Source: Thainema sp. (GTDB lineage: Bacteria > Cyanobacteriota > Cyanobacteriia > Phormidesmidales > Phormidesmidaceae). From it: a stretch of 59,773 nt of DNA. Made by a program: the position numbers and the translations under genes. This document shows positions 10,765 through 22,458 of the stretch, one piece after another. Location: positions 1 to 59,773 of the forward strand of contig JBQLZK010000047.1 of assembly GCA_052168235.1 (NCBI GenBank), in the 5' to 3' direction. Within the stretch, counting starts at the first letter, position 1. The number at the start of each line of letters is the position of its first letter. The notes beneath the pieces were generated by a model, which saw only the letters and a program-made list of their open reading frames with translations, was not told the DNA's origin and searched no databases.

Positions 10765-11130
10765 GTGTCGTTGTTTAATCAGCAGAAATTTACAAAAGAA
10801 GTTTTAGATTCCTCCGTCCCCGTTCTAGTTCACTTTTGGGCACCCTGGTGCGGCCTGTGTCGGATGATTCAGCCCTTACTGGCTCAATTTCAAGCTGAAC
10901 ATCCAGGGCAGGTACAGGTCATTGGGATCAATGCTGACGAGAATCTCAAGCTAGCAAATAACTATCGACTAACAACATTGCCCACGCTGATTCTGTTTAA
11001 AGATGGTCAGGCGATCCAGCGCTTTGACAGCTTCCGTGGTCGTGATGATCTGCGGATGGCGCTAGACAGCATGTTGCAAAGTTCGTCTGTGCGATCGCAG
11101 GCCACTACCTCTTCTTCTAGTAGTGCGTAA
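10765..11130 (+). CDS. trxC: Atypical thioredoxin TrxC
   Basis: Thioredoxin fold with WCGLC active site; lies between nnrU-like gene and ndhF1. Confidence 0.85.
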   Translation: MSLFNQQKFTKEVLDSSVPVLVHFWAPWCGLCRMIQPLLAQFQAEHPGQVQVIGINADENLKLANNYRLTTLPTLILFKDGQAIQRFDSFRGRDDLRMALDSMLQSSSVRSQATTSSSSSA

Positions 11131-11936
11131 TGGCCGCTAACACCAGCCGCATAGTTCTCTAACTCTCCCGCATGAAACGTTGCGTGGGACAATATTGTGC
11201 GACGTTTCATGCCTCTAAAGGCATTCATGCAGTGAACCTGCTACCCCATGCCCCTAACTTCTTTTTATTTTCTATATAAAATTCTATATAACTACCACAA
11301 TCGCTTGAGAGCGCTCCTGTTTCGGGTAGCGGCTCATAGCTCATCTCACTCTCTAGTTCGTCAGCCGTTGGCACAGCGTAAGCTATAACCCTTTGAAGAG
11401 GTCAAGCGACGCTGTATTTTCTAATAATTGAACTAAGTAAAGGCACAGCATTTGTCTAGAATAAGCCCAGGCGATTACATAGCGCGACTTTCACGCTCTG
11501 TCACAATGCTTCCAGCCATTCATGTAGAACAGTATGAAGTGGCTTATAAAATGGCGGTGCAGTTTTGGTTGCATGGCTTTAGACTGAGCTAGCAAAAATC
11601 TGAGAGAGCAGATAGGAGCAGACCTAGCTGTAAATGATGCATTTCCTGGGTTAGAGGGAATGATCCACTTGGGTCGTAATTTTCTACAGTTCTCGTAGCA
11701 GCATGTTCTAACCAAAATGGCAGATTTTTGAGCGTTCTCTGACGCCATAAATTTGTTAGGGGGAACAGAGTCTATCTCCCAGCTCAACGGCAATTACAAG
11801 CATTGCACCACTGGTCGGACCGCCTGGATGGAAATTAAATCCTGACTAAAAATAATGAGCCGAATGCAATGTCTGTGTCACAATGTAGGCGGTTTTGCCA
11901 AATTTTATGAAGAAAATCTTGATGTAGGCATAAGCA

Positions 11937-14030
11937 ATGGAATCGATATACCAATATGCCTGGCTGATTCCTGTCCTTCCGTTACTGGGAGCAACAGTCG
12001 TTGGCATTGGCCTTATTTCCTACAATGACGTGACTAATCGGCTGCGCAAGCCGAGCGCCATTTTTATTGTTTCCCTAACTGGCATGGCAATGGTGCTGTC
12101 CTTTGCCTTGTTTTGGGATCAGTTCCAAGGTCATGAGCCTTATCTCCGCATGATTGAATGGGCTTCAGCCGGGGATTTTCATTTATCAATGGGATACACC
12201 ATTGATCATTTGACAGCCCTAATGCTGGTCATTGTCACAACGGTAGCCTTTTTGGTGATGATCTACACCGATGGCTACATGGCGCATGATCCCGGTTATG
12301 TTCGCTTTTATGCATATTTGAGCCTGTTTAGCTCCTCAATGCTGGGGCTGGTGATTAGTCCCAACTTGGTTCAAATTTACATTTTTTGGGAACTGGTCGG
12401 CATGTGTTCCTACCTGCTCATCGGCTTCTGGTTTGACCGTAAGGCTGCTGCCGATGCGTGTCAAAAAGCATTCGTTACCAACCGGGTCGGGGACTTTGGC
12501 TTGTTGCTTGGCATCCTAGCCTTGTACTGGGCAACAGGCAGCTTTGAATTTGATGTAATTGGCGAACGACTGCAGGACTTGGTGCAAAGTGGTGCTTTGA
12601 GTGCTGGCTTGGCTTCATTCTTTGCTATTTTGGTCTTTCTAGGACCAGTGGCGAAGTCGGCTCAGTTTCCGCTGCACGTTTGGCTACCCGACGCAATGGA
12701 AGGCCCGACCCCCATTTCGGCCCTGATTCACGCGGCAACGATGGTGGCGGCAGGCGTCTTCTTAGTGGCGCGTATGTTCCCTGTATTTGAGGGACTGCCA
12801 ACTACGATGAGCACAGTGGCTTGGACGGGTGCGGTAACGGCCTTTTTGGGAGCGACCATTGCTTTAACCCAGAACGACATCAAGAAAGGGTTGGCCTATT
12901 CCACCATGTCCCAACTGGGTTACATGATTATGGCAATGGGTGTCGGAGCTTACGGTGCAGGCTTGTTCCACCTGATGACTCACGCATATTTCAAAGCGAT
13001 GCTGTTCTTGGGATCGGGTTCTGTGATTCACGGCATGGAAGCTGTGGTTGGACATGATCCGGCTTACGCTCAGGACATGCGGCTGATGGGTGGTTTGCGT
13101 AAGTACATGCCCGTCACAGCGATTACGTTCTTAATCGGTACGCTGGCTATCTGCGGAATTCCACCATTTGCGGGCTTCTGGTCAAAAGATGAGATCTTGG
13201 GATCGACTTTTGAAGTGAGTCCTCTGCTGTGGATAATTGGCTGGCTGACGGCTGGCATGACGGCTTTCTACATGTTCCGCATGTACTTCATGACCTTTGA
13301 AGGCCCATTCCGGGGCAACGATGCATCCATCAAGGAAAAGCTAAAGCTGGAAAAGTTGCAGAACATGGGTCTAGCTTTTGGGCCTGGTGCAATGAATCCA
13401 CAGGAGCTGACGGCTGAAGCGGAAGACGAAGCTGGGGATCACGATCAGCATAGTCATGACCATCATCACGCCCATGAGCCGCATGAGTCGCCGATTTCAA
13501 TGGCTTTGCCGCTAGCGGTGCTGGCAATTCCGTCGATGCTGATTGGTTTAGTCGGGACGCCCTTTGCCAATTACTTTGAAGAGTTTATCCATCCGCCCAC
13601 TGAGGCGATCGCAGAAGTTGCCGAGGCAGCAGAAGTATTTGATCTGACTGAATTTCTGATTATGGGCGGTAATTCCGTCGGCATTGCCCTCATCGGGATC
13701 ACAATTGCGTCGCTAATGTATCGCACCCACAAAATTGATCCAGCCGCGATCGCAAATCGGTTCCAACCGCTGTATCTACTCTCGAAGAATAAGTGGTACA
13801 TCGACGACATTTACGATCGCGTCTTTGTCAAGGGTAGCCGCCGTCTAGCGCGTCAAGTGCTGGAAGTAGACATCCGCATCGTCGATGGTCTGGTCAACCT
13901 GACTGGACTGGTAACGCTGGTGACGGGCGAAGGCTTGAAATATCTCGAAAACGGGCGGGCACAGTTCTATGCGCTGATTGTATTCGGTGCGGTGTTGGGA
14001 CTCGTCTTACTATCGGGCATTACAGGTTAA
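11937..14030 (+). CDS. ndhF1: NDH-1 subunit 5 (NdhF1)
   Basis: YAWLIPVLP, KSAQFPLHVWLPDAMEGPTPISALIHAATMV; 697 aa. Confidence 0.96.
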   Translation: MESIYQYAWLIPVLPLLGATVVGIGLISYNDVTNRLRKPSAIFIVSLTGMAMVLSFALFWDQFQGHEPYLRMIEWASAGDFHLSMGYTIDHLTALMLVIVTTVAFLVMIYTDGYMAHDPGYVRFYAYLSLFSSSMLGLVISPNLVQIYIFWELVGMCSYLLIGFWFDRKAAADACQKAFVTNRVGDFGLLLGILALYWATGSFEFDVIGERLQDLVQSGALSAGLASFFAILVFLGPVAKSAQFPLHVWLPDAMEGPTPISALIHAATMVAAGVFLVARMFPVFEGLPTTMSTVAWTGAVTAFLGATIALTQNDIKKGLAYSTMSQLGYMIMAMGVGAYGAGLFHLMTHAYFKAMLFLGSGSVIHGMEAVVGHDPAYAQDMRLMGGLRKYMPVTAITFLIGTLAICGIPPFAGFWSKDEILGSTFEVSPLLWIIGWLTAGMTAFYMFRMYFMTFEGPFRGNDASIKEKLKLEKLQNMGLAFGPGAMNPQELTAEAEDEAGDHDQHSHDHHHAHEPHESPISMALPLAVLAIPSMLIGLVGTPFANYFEEFIHPPTEAIAEVAEAAEVFDLTEFLIMGGNSVGIALIGITIASLMYRTHKIDPAAIANRFQPLYLLSKNKWYIDDIYDRVFVKGSRRLARQVLEVDIRIVDGLVNLTGLVTLVTGEGLKYLENGRAQFYALIVFGAVLGLVLLSGITG

Positions 14031-14452
14031 GCCTGATTACGTTGGAGAACATCTCGTGTATTGTGCTTAACCGACAATCGCGGGATGTTTTTTCATACGA
14101 ACGCTTTGATGACGTAATGCTGATGAATGTGCGATCGCACTTTGCCCATTGAGATCAATTTATGGCTGACCTAAGATTTCTCGCTGTAAGGTTACTATCA
14201 GCCAGCGACCCCAGCAGATTGGCGGCAAAACTTGTAAAAAGTTGAAAATCCAGTCAATTCTGTCACCTCTATCGTTAGGCTCTTAACTAAGGTTTTGCGA
14301 TCGCGTAAAACGTATAAAAGCAGACAACGCCTACTTGAATTTCAATTCAAATTTTGAGCAGGCATTATTTTGCAACCATCAGCCGTCGTACTTCTCGCTT
14401 GTATGACATCCAGTTTAGAAAGCCTCTTGAAAGCATTTAGACCAAACGTTAT

Positions 14453-16051
14453 ATGACTGACTTTCCTTGGCTGACGACAATCACTCTGTTTCCGATCGTG
14501 GCCGCCCTGTTTATTCCGCTCTTTCCCTACGAAGAGGGCAAAGAAGTGGAAACCGCCAAAAAAGTGCGGTGGTATGCGCTGGTGATCGGCCTGATCGACT
14601 TTGTTCTGATTGTCTTTGCCTTTTACCAAAACTACGACTTCTCGAATCCGTCGCTTCAACTGGTCGAAAGCTATAGCTGGGTGCCCCAGTTGGACTTAAA
14701 TTGGTCAGTTGGCGCAGACGGTTTATCAATGCCGCTGATCATCCTGACTGGATTTATCACGACCCTGGCGATTTTGGCCTCTTGGCCTGTCACCCTGAAG
14801 CCACGGCTGTTTTACTTCCTGATGCTGGCCATGTACAGCGGCCAGATTGGCGTATTTGCTGTCCAGGATATGCTGCTCTTCTTCTTCATGTGGGAGCTGG
14901 AGCTGATCCCGGTCTACCTGCTGCTCTCAATTTGGGGCGGAAAACGGCGGCTGTATGCGGCAACCAAGTTTATTCTGTATACCGCTGGTGGTTCGCTGTT
15001 TATCCTGGTTGCGGCTCTGGCAATGGCCTTCTATGGTGACACCATCACTTTCGACATGCGGCTGCTGGCGACAAAAGAATACGCCCAGAACTTTCAACTG
15101 CTGATCTATGCGGCATTTTTGATTGCCTATGCCGTAAAGCTACCGATCTTTCCGCTGCATACCTGGTTGCCGGATGCGCATGGAGAGGCGACGGCTCCAG
15201 TTCACATGCTGCTGGCGGGCATTCTGCTGAAAATGGGTGGCTATGCCTTGATACGAATGAATGCCGGGATGCTGCCGGATGCCCACGTCAGCTTTGCGCC
15301 CGTGCTGGTTATTCTCGGCGTCGTCAATATTATTTATGCGGCACTGACCTCGTTTGCCCAGCGCAATTTAAAGCGGAAGATCGCCTACTCGTCAATCTCG
15401 CACATGGGCTTTGTGCTGATTGGTGTGGCGTCGTTTACCGATTTGGGACTAAGCGGTGCGGTGCTGCAAATGGTCTCTCACGGTTTGATTGGGGCCAGCC
15501 TCTTCTTCCTGGTAGGCGCAACCTATGATCGCACCCATACGCTGATTCTGGAGGAAATGGGTGGCGTCGGTCAGAAGATGCCCAAAATCTTCGCCATGTT
15601 TACCGCCTGCTCTCTAGCATCGTTAGCGTTACCGGGGATGAGCGGCTTCGTGGCGGAACTGATGGTCTTTGTCGGCTTCTCTAACAGCGATGCCTACAGC
15701 TTCACCTTCAAGCTAATTACCGTGTTGCTGATGGCGGTTGGTGTGATTCTGACGCCGATCTACCTGCTGTCGATGCTGCGGGAAATCTTCTATGGGCCAG
15801 AGAACAAAGAACTAGTTGAGCATGAGGTGCTAATTGATGCGGAGCCGCGCGAGGTGTTTATCATCACCTGTCTGCTGATCCCAATCATTGGCATCGGCTT
15901 CTATCCAAAACTGCTGACCCAGATTTATGACGCAACCACTAATCAGCTAACGGCGCGTTTGCGATCGGCAGTTGAAACAGTGGCCGAACGGAAAGCAACT
16001 GAACCTGTGGCAGTGGCTGAACCGCTGCAAGCACCACAAATTGGTGGTTAG
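14453..16051 (+). CDS. ndhD1: NDH-1 subunit 4 (NdhD1)
   Basis: [35 protein letters not shown]; follows ndhF1. Confidence 0.94.
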   Translation: MTDFPWLTTITLFPIVAALFIPLFPYEEGKEVETAKKVRWYALVIGLIDFVLIVFAFYQNYDFSNPSLQLVESYSWVPQLDLNWSVGADGLSMPLIILTGFITTLAILASWPVTLKPRLFYFLMLAMYSGQIGVFAVQDMLLFFFMWELELIPVYLLLSIWGGKRRLYAATKFILYTAGGSLFILVAALAMAFYGDTITFDMRLLATKEYAQNFQLLIYAAFLIAYAVKLPIFPLHTWLPDAHGEATAPVHMLLAGILLKMGGYALIRMNAGMLPDAHVSFAPVLVILGVVNIIYAALTSFAQRNLKRKIAYSSISHMGFVLIGVASFTDLGLSGAVLQMVSHGLIGASLFFLVGATYDRTHTLILEEMGGVGQKMPKIFAMFTACSLASLALPGMSGFVAELMVFVGFSNSDAYSFTFKLITVLLMAVGVILTPIYLLSMLREIFYGPENKELVEHEVLIDAEPREVFIITCLLIPIIGIGFYPKLLTQIYDATTNQLTARLRSAVETVAERKATEPVAVAEPLQAPQIGG

Positions 16052-16129
16052 CCGTTAGTCATAGAATTAATCGAGTATGACTATTTTGGCTATGCGGGCT
16101 CAGGCTAATAGCTGAGTCTACAAATCAGC

Positions 16130-16158
16130 AAGGGAGAGCATAATTGCTCTCCCTTTTT
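16130..16158 (+). terminator. Rho-independent terminator
   Basis: AAGGGAGAGCA-TAAT-TGCTCTCCCTT followed by Ts, downstream of ndhD1. Confidence 0.8.
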
Positions 16159-16646
16159 GTTGTGTGGTTAGCCCCCAAAACGAACAGTTTCGTTGGTAAA
16201 GGTTCTTGTTCAGCGACTGATGCGGCGGGTTGAAATGAAACACCAGGCTGAAACAATTTGCGTAGGATGGGCACTATAGACAACGTGAGCGAGAAAACTT
16301 CAAAATTTGCAGTCGTTAAGTCAGCAATTTCCACAGTCAGTTACTCATCTGGAATTGTTAAGCCAAGGATTAAGATAAATCTTCTATCTCCTACGGCTTA
16401 CCTCGTCCCACGATAGGCTGTTCGTGGATTGATGTGCTGGTTCACCTAATGCTGATCCCAGGCAAAATGTAAAAACCTCTTTGCATTTGCGAGTTTTCGC
16501 TGATTTTAGGGATATCTACCGTTAGTCTTAGATATTAAAGCTGCATCATTTGCGGTGGTTTAGACATAACTCATAAAAGTTGAGCATAAAAGCCAAGATG
16601 AAGCGTGTTTCCTGCCATGCAATGTTGATTCATAAAAAAGTTTGAG

Positions 16647-17621
16647 ATGCAAGATTTAAGAGCCGATCCGATGATCAAAATTGGCGACCAAACGATTACA
16701 GCCGCAGAGGCTGTGTCGCTGATGGCGCGCTATCGCCTGATCCCTCAACTGGCACGAGAGGTGATTATTGATCGTGCGATCGCAACGATTGCCTATAGCG
16801 AGAAAGAGCTGGAACAGGCGACCGAGCAATTTTTTCAGCAGCAGCAGGCGATTTCTGAAGCCGATCGCCAGAACTGGCTAAGATCTCAGGGCATGACGAT
16901 GGAGCAAGTGCAGCAAACGGTTCTGCGCCAGCTCAAGACCGAGAAATACAAGCAAGTCACCTGGGACAACAGGCTACAATCCTATTTTCTTAAGCGCAAA
17001 GGACGGCTCGATCGCGTCATTTATTCATTGCTGCGAGTGAAAGATGCAGGCACCGCACAAGAACTGTATTTTCGATTGGTGGACGATCAGCAGGCATTTG
17101 ATGAGCTGGCCCGCGCCTATTCTCAAGGCCCAGAAGCCGAAACAGGCGGACTGCTTGGTCCCGTACCGCTGGGTACGCCGCATCCGGCCCTGGCTCGCAT
17201 GTTGAGCGTTAGCCAACCCGGCCAGCTTTGGCCACCGACCCCCTTGGGCGAATGGTTTATCATCGTGCGGCTGGAAAAGTTTTTACCCGCACAACTCGAT
17301 GATGCAATGCGCAAGCAGCTTCTAGATGAGCTATTCACTGCTTGGCTGCAAGAGCAGCTCCAGCAGGTGTCGATTACCACGGCGGATGCCGCTGATAAGA
17401 CGGCGGATGAGACTACGGATGCGATCGCATCTCCCGATTCAACATCACCCCCCACCGAGCTATCTGCCCAACCGCTGAATCCAAGTCCTCCCGCCGACAG
17501 CAACGGCAATTCATCCAATTCATCCCAAACAGCTCCATCCCAATCTGCAACTCCAAACACCGACCCCACCGATCCCTGGGCCGACCAACCCACCAAACAA
17601 TCCGAACCCTCAACCCTCTAA
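16647..17621 (+). CDS. Parvulin/PrsA-like peptidylprolyl isomerase associated with type I secretion
   Basis: VIYSLLRV..AQELYFRL..F..LA..YSQGPEAETGGLLGP; long Ser/Pro/Thr-rich tail. Confidence 0.88.
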   Translation: MQDLRADPMIKIGDQTITAAEAVSLMARYRLIPQLAREVIIDRAIATIAYSEKELEQATEQFFQQQQAISEADRQNWLRSQGMTMEQVQQTVLRQLKTEKYKQVTWDNRLQSYFLKRKGRLDRVIYSLLRVKDAGTAQELYFRLVDDQQAFDELARAYSQGPEAETGGLLGPVPLGTPHPALARMLSVSQPGQLWPPTPLGEWFIIVRLEKFLPAQLDDAMRKQLLDELFTAWLQEQLQQVSITTADAADKTADETTDAIASPDSTSPPTELSAQPLNPSPPADSNGNSSNSSQTAPSQSATPNTDPTDPWADQPTKQSEPSTL

Positions 17622-17624
17622 CCA

Positions 17625-17685
17625 TTACCCATCTACCCTCCCCTCTCCCTTACCCATCCACCCATCCACCCCTTACCCCCTGAAC
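17625..17685. repeat. Short tandem C-rich repeats (CACCCATC-like, STRR-type)
   Basis: TACCCATC, CACCCATC and variants in tandem. Confidence 0.6.
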
Positions 17686-17726
17686 CCACATTGACCTCCT
17701 CAGCCCAGGAGGAAGAATAGTACACT

Positions 17727-20700
17727 ATGACCTACGTAAAACCCTCTATTCGCGAATTTCTAGCTGATTTATCCCCTTTTCAGCAATTGCCTGCCTCTGT
17801 CTTAAATGACGTGGCTAATCGGTTTCAGCTTTTGCGCTATCGCATGGGGCAGTCGATTTTGCGGCATGAAACGCTGCCATACCAGATTGCAATTTTGATG
17901 GAGGGGCAGGCGCGCCTCTTGGGCTATCGTCCCGGCAGCAACCAGTTTCCCTTCACGCTGAAGATTTTGCAGCCTGGTGATGTACTGGGCTGGATTGGGT
18001 TAATGCGGGGGATTCCCTGTGAAACCGCGATCGCATCTAGCGAGGTAGTCTGTGCCACTCTCCCTGCCCATGATTTTCTAGAACTGCTGAAAAACTATCC
18101 GCAGATGGCAGATATCTTCCGGCAGCAGCCTGCGATCGCAGAAGTCAGCGATATTCTCAATGACCTGTACCAATCACGGGCTGAGACGGGCTACGACCTG
18201 AAGCAGATTGTGGCGGACTGCTACAACCAGGCCAAGGTTCAGTATCTCCAGCCGGGAACCGCCAATTTGGATGCGCTCGATCCAAAATATGCCTGGTTTA
18301 TCAGTGGTGGCGGGGTCGTCGCCAAGCATGCGGTTAAATCCCAGCTTCAGTTGGAACAGCGGGTGGTGGATGTCCAGAGCAAGGTACCAACTCGATTAGT
18401 CGGTTTCCCACAGGCATTACTCGAAGCGCCGCCAGCTCAAAATACTGCGATCGCAGAATTGGCGGAAGACGATACGAACCAGGTGCCTGTCGATATTCCC
18501 TACGCACCGGAACGCCCCCCCGAACCGGATGACGCAGATTTGATTCGTGATCAGATTACGGCTCCGATTCGAACTCCAGGCCGCATCAACTATCCCCACG
18601 TGCGGGGACGCGGCATTCTCAACGCAACGCTGGCCTGTTTCCAAATGCTGGCCCAGCATCTAGAAATGCCGTTTCGGCGGGATATTCTACGTCGCGTTCT
18701 AGTGGAACAGCAAAATCGGACAGGTGGACTCTCGCTTCAGCTTTGCGGCGCAGTCGCGGAAATGATGGGGCTGCGGGCCCAGTTGGTGAAAATGCCCGCC
18801 AATGCCATTAACCGGATTGAACCGCCTGCCTTAGTTCAATGGAACGACACGTTTGCCGTCATCTATGAAACCAGCCAAAAGGAAGTTGTGCTAGGCGTTC
18901 CAGAATCCGGCGTGATTCGACGCACCCCGGCTGAATTTGCCTCTGTTTGGGGTCAAGAAGGCGAAGTTTTGCTGCTTCAGCGCACCAGTCGCACCCAGCA
19001 GCAGAAGTTTGGCCTGTCCTGGTTTTGGCCATCACTGATGCGCTACCGCAAAGTGCTGGTCGCGGTCTTCATTGCATCCTTCTTCGTGCAGCTCTTTGGC
19101 CTAGCCAATCCCCTGATGATTCAGGTAATCATTGACAAGGTGATTGTGCAAAATAGCCCGGACACGCTGCACGTGCTGGGCTTCTTCCTGGTGATTGTTG
19201 CCATCTTTGAAGCCATTCTGTATAGCTTACGAAGTTACCTATTTGTCGATACCACCAACCGGATCGATATGGCCCTGGGGTCAGAAATCATCGATCACCT
19301 GGTGCGACTGCCCCTGCGCTACTTTGAGCGGCGACCTGTGGGTGAACTGTCCAGCCGCGTCAACGAGCTAGAAAATATTCGTCAGTTTTTGACGGGTACC
19401 GCTCTAACGGTCGTGCTTGACGCCGTGTTCTCGGTGATCTACATCGTGGTCATGCTGTTCTATAGCTGGCAGTTGACCATTGTGGCTCTGTTGACGATTC
19501 CGCTGTTTGTGGGTCTAACACTGATTGTTGCGCCCATTGTGCGGCGACAGCTGCGGGTGAAGGCCGAACGCAATGCCCGCACTCAGTCTCACTTGGTAGA
19601 AGTACTCTCCGGTATTCAAACCGTCAAAGCCCAGAGCATTGAGCTGAAATCGCGCTGGAAGTGGCAGGAACTCTATTCCAGCTACGTGTCCGCTGGTTTC
19701 AAGACGGTGCTCACCTCGACCACAGCCGGATCGGCGAATAATTTCCTGAACAAACTTTCCGCCCTACTGGTGCTGTGGGCCGGTGCTTACCTAGTTTTGG
19801 AAGGGGAACTGACCCTCGGTCAGCTAATCGCGTTCCGAATCATTTCCGGCTACGTGACAGGGCCTCTGCTGCGGCTGGCCGGAATTTGGCAGAACTTCCA
19901 GGAAACGGCTCTGTCGCTGGAGCGTTTGAGCGACATTATCGATACACCACAGGAATCGGATGAAGACGATCGAAACAAGATTCCGATGCCGATTATGCAG
20001 GGCGCTGTCACCTACGAAAATCTGTCGTTCCGGTTCGGCACGACCGGGCCGATGCAGTTGCTCAATATCAATCTGGAATTCCCGCCCGGCCAGTTTATCG
20101 GCATTGTCGGCCAGAGCGGTTCCGGTAAGAGTACGTTAATGAAGCTACTGCCCCGGCTCTATGAGCCACAGGCGGGACGAATTCTGATTGACCAGTACGA
20201 CATTGCCAAGGTGGAGCTGTATTCCCTGCGGCGGCAAATCGGCATTGTCCCCCAGGACAGCTTGCTGTTTGAAGGGACGGTACAGGAAAATATTTCCCTC
20301 ACAAACCCCGATGCCAGCACCGATGAGATTATCGAAGCGGCTAAAATCGCCTGTGCCCATGATTTCATCATGGATTTGCCCAGTGGCTACAATAGTCAAG
20401 TAGGAGAACGGGGATCAAATCTCTCCGGTGGTCAACGGCAGCGAATCGCGATCGCACGCACCATTCTGCAAAATCCCCGCCTGCTGATCATGGACGAAGC
20501 TACCAGCGCTTTGGACTATGACACCGAGCGACAGGTTTGCCAAAATCTAGCTGAAGCATTCCGAGGCCGCACTGTTTTCTTCATTACCCACCGACTCAGC
20601 ACCATTCGCAGCTCTGATCTGATTCTGATGATGGACAAGGGAGCTGTCGTGGAGCAAGGCACCCATGAGGAACTAATGGCACTCCAGGGTCGCTACTACT

Positions 20701-20732
20701 GTCTCTATCAGCAGCAAGACGCCCAGCTCTAA
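17727..20732 (+). CDS. hlyB: Type I secretion ABC transporter (cNMP-binding + C39-like + ABC membrane + ATPase), HlyB family
   Basis: Walker A GQSGSGKS, signature LSGGQ, Walker B LLIMDE, TM block, N-terminal cNMP-like domain. Confidence 0.92.
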   Translation: MTYVKPSIREFLADLSPFQQLPASVLNDVANRFQLLRYRMGQSILRHETLPYQIAILMEGQARLLGYRPGSNQFPFTLKILQPGDVLGWIGLMRGIPCETAIASSEVVCATLPAHDFLELLKNYPQMADIFRQQPAIAEVSDILNDLYQSRAETGYDLKQIVADCYNQAKVQYLQPGTANLDALDPKYAWFISGGGVVAKHAVKSQLQLEQRVVDVQSKVPTRLVGFPQALLEAPPAQNTAIAELAEDDTNQVPVDIPYAPERPPEPDDADLIRDQITAPIRTPGRINYPHVRGRGILNATLACFQMLAQHLEMPFRRDILRRVLVEQQNRTGGLSLQLCGAVAEMMGLRAQLVKMPANAINRIEPPALVQWNDTFAVIYETSQKEVVLGVPESGVIRRTPAEFASVWGQEGEVLLLQRTSRTQQQKFGLSWFWPSLMRYRKVLVAVFIASFFVQLFGLANPLMIQVIIDKVIVQNSPDTLHVLGFFLVIVAIFEAILYSLRSYLFVDTTNRIDMALGSEIIDHLVRLPLRYFERRPVGELSSRVNELENIRQFLTGTALTVVLDAVFSVIYIVVMLFYSWQLTIVALLTIPLFVGLTLIVAPIVRRQLRVKAERNARTQSHLVEVLSGIQTVKAQSIELKSRWKWQELYSSYVSAGFKTVLTSTTAGSANNFLNKLSALLVLWAGAYLVLEGELTLGQLIAFRIISGYVTGPLLRLAGIWQNFQETALSLERLSDIIDTPQESDEDDRNKIPMPIMQGAVTYENLSFRFGTTGPMQLLNINLEFPPGQFIGIVGQSGSGKSTLMKLLPRLYEPQAGRILIDQYDIAKVELYSLRRQIGIVPQDSLLFEGTVQENISLTNPDASTDEIIEAAKIACAHDFIMDLPSGYNSQVGERGSNLSGGQRQRIAIARTILQNPRLLIMDEATSALDYDTERQVCQNLAEAFRGRTVFFITHRLSTIRSSDLILMMDKGAVVEQGTHEELMALQGRYYCLYQQQDAQL

Positions 20733-20916
20733 TCTGCGTTTGGGTGGCCTGTTGACAGCACTATGAACTCAATAAACGGCAGTCCAGCATGACTCCGTCT
20801 AGCAGCCGTAGAACTGCCCAGCAACCACCGACCGACTGCCGACCGACTGTCCAACAAAGACATTAATCCTTAGTTACTGAATTCCTCGTTGCAACAACTG
20901 CTTGAGATTTTGACCT

Positions 20917-22458
20917 ATGAACCCTGCTAACAGCGGTAACTCTCAGCCCCGCCAAATTACGCTCTCATCCAATGGAGCCTCATCTCTAAACGGCAATGGC
21001 AACGGCAATGGTAAAACTCCGCCAGAGCCCCAATTTGACAGTCCGGTCATTCTCCGACAGACGCCAGTCTGGACGCAGGCGATTGTCTGGACGATTGCAG
21101 GTGTGACCACATTCGGCGTCCTCTGGGCCTCCTTTGCCAAGATCGAACAGGCTGTTCAAGCCCAAGGTAAACTGGAACCCCAAGAATCCGTGAAAGAAGT
21201 CCAGGTGCCCCTGGGCGGCGTTGTACAGGAAGTATATGTTGAAGAAGGGCAGCGAGTTGAAGCTGGCGAGGATCTGGCGAGCCTTGACCAAACTGCCGCT
21301 ACGGCTCAAGCCCGCTCTCTGAGAGAAGTACGGGCGGCTTTGATGGCTGAAAATCAGTACTACCGCTCTCAAATGGGAGGGGATAATACTCCTGCTGATT
21401 TTACGCTAACCGACCTGCCACCCGGTCTTATCTCTCTCACAAGCAATCGAGCGGCTCTAGCATCTGAGATCGAGCTGTATCGGTCACTTTTGGGCGGTTC
21501 AACGGAAGGTTTAACGGCAGGGCAGTTGGATCGACTAGCGGCCAGTCGGTCGGAGGTTTCGAGCCGAGTGCAGGCTGCCCAACTAGAAATTGAACAGCTT
21601 GAGCGACAGCTGAATCAAGTTGACATTCAGTTGAGCAATGCACGGGAAGTTTTGGGTACCAACGAAACAATCCTGGCTCGGCTGGAAACGCTTTACGAAG
21701 AAGGGGGCGTAGCTGAACTGCAATACGTACAGCAAGAGCAGGAGACTTCTACGAGTCGTTCTGATGTGCAGCGCTTCACGGAGGAACGGGCGCGAGTTTT
21801 GCAAGATATTGACCAAGCTCGTCAAGAAAAGCAAAATGCGATTTCAGCAACCGATTCGGATCTGTATGCTCGAATTGAAGCCAACGAACAGCAGATTGCC
21901 CAGATTGATAGTCAACTGGCAAAGGTAATCGTCGAAAATGAAAAGCAAATTGAAGAAATCGGCAGTCAGCTTGAGCAAACGGAACTAACGCTGCGGTATC
22001 AGGTTTTGGAATCGCCCGTCAACGGTACGGTATTTGACTTACAGTCCAGTGCTCCAGGTTATGTAGCAAATACCAGCGAACCAATCATGAAAATTGTGCC
22101 GGAAGATAGCTTGGTGGCTCGTGTCTTTGTTACCAACCAAGATATTGGTTTCATCAAAGTTGGTATGCCGGTTGATGTGCGAATTGACTCATTTCCCTAT
22201 AGCGAATTTGGCGATATCAAAGGCGAAGTGCTGCGGATTGGCTCGGATGCGCTGCCGCCGGATGAAATCTATCCGTTCTATCGCTTTCCCGTGGAAATCA
22301 GCATGGATCGGCAGGTGATCAATGCCAATGGAGCAGAAGTTGTACTCCAATCTGGTATGTCAGTTAACACTAATATTCGCGTTCGACAGCGGCGAGTAAT
22401 TTCTATCTTTACAGACCTATTTGTCGAAAAAGTCGATAGCCTCAAGTCAGTCCGCTAG
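20917..22458 (+). CDS. hlyD: HlyD family periplasmic adaptor
   Basis: Single TM, GGVVQEVYVEEGQRV, long coiled coil, SPVNGTV, DSFPYSEFG. Confidence 0.93.
   Translation: MNPANSGNSQPRQITLSSNGASSLNGNGNGNGKTPPEPQFDSPVILRQTPVWTQAIVWTIAGVTTFGVLWASFAKIEQAVQAQGKLEPQESVKEVQVPLGGVVQEVYVEEGQRVEAGEDLASLDQTAATAQARSLREVRAALMAENQYYRSQMGGDNTPADFTLTDLPPGLISLTSNRAALASEIELYRSLLGGSTEGLTAGQLDRLAASRSEVSSRVQAAQLEIEQLERQLNQVDIQLSNAREVLGTNETILARLETLYEEGGVAELQYVQQEQETSTSRSDVQRFTEERARVLQDIDQARQEKQNAISATDSDLYARIEANEQQIAQIDSQLAKVIVENEKQIEEIGSQLEQTELTLRYQVLESPVNGTVFDLQSSAPGYVANTSEPIMKIVPEDSLVARVFVTNQDIGFIKVGMPVDVRIDSFPYSEFGDIKGEVLRIGSDALPPDEIYPFYRFPVEISMDRQVINANGAEVVLQSGMSVNTNIRVRQRRVISIFTDLFVEKVDSLKSVR

Noticed and set aside
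11491..11793. 100-aa ORF between trxC and ndhF1
   Set aside because: TTG start, no recognisable motif; more likely the ndhF1 regulatory region.
13430..13490. His-rich loop in NdhF1
   Set aside because: A variable His/acidic loop is common in cyanobacterial NdhF1.
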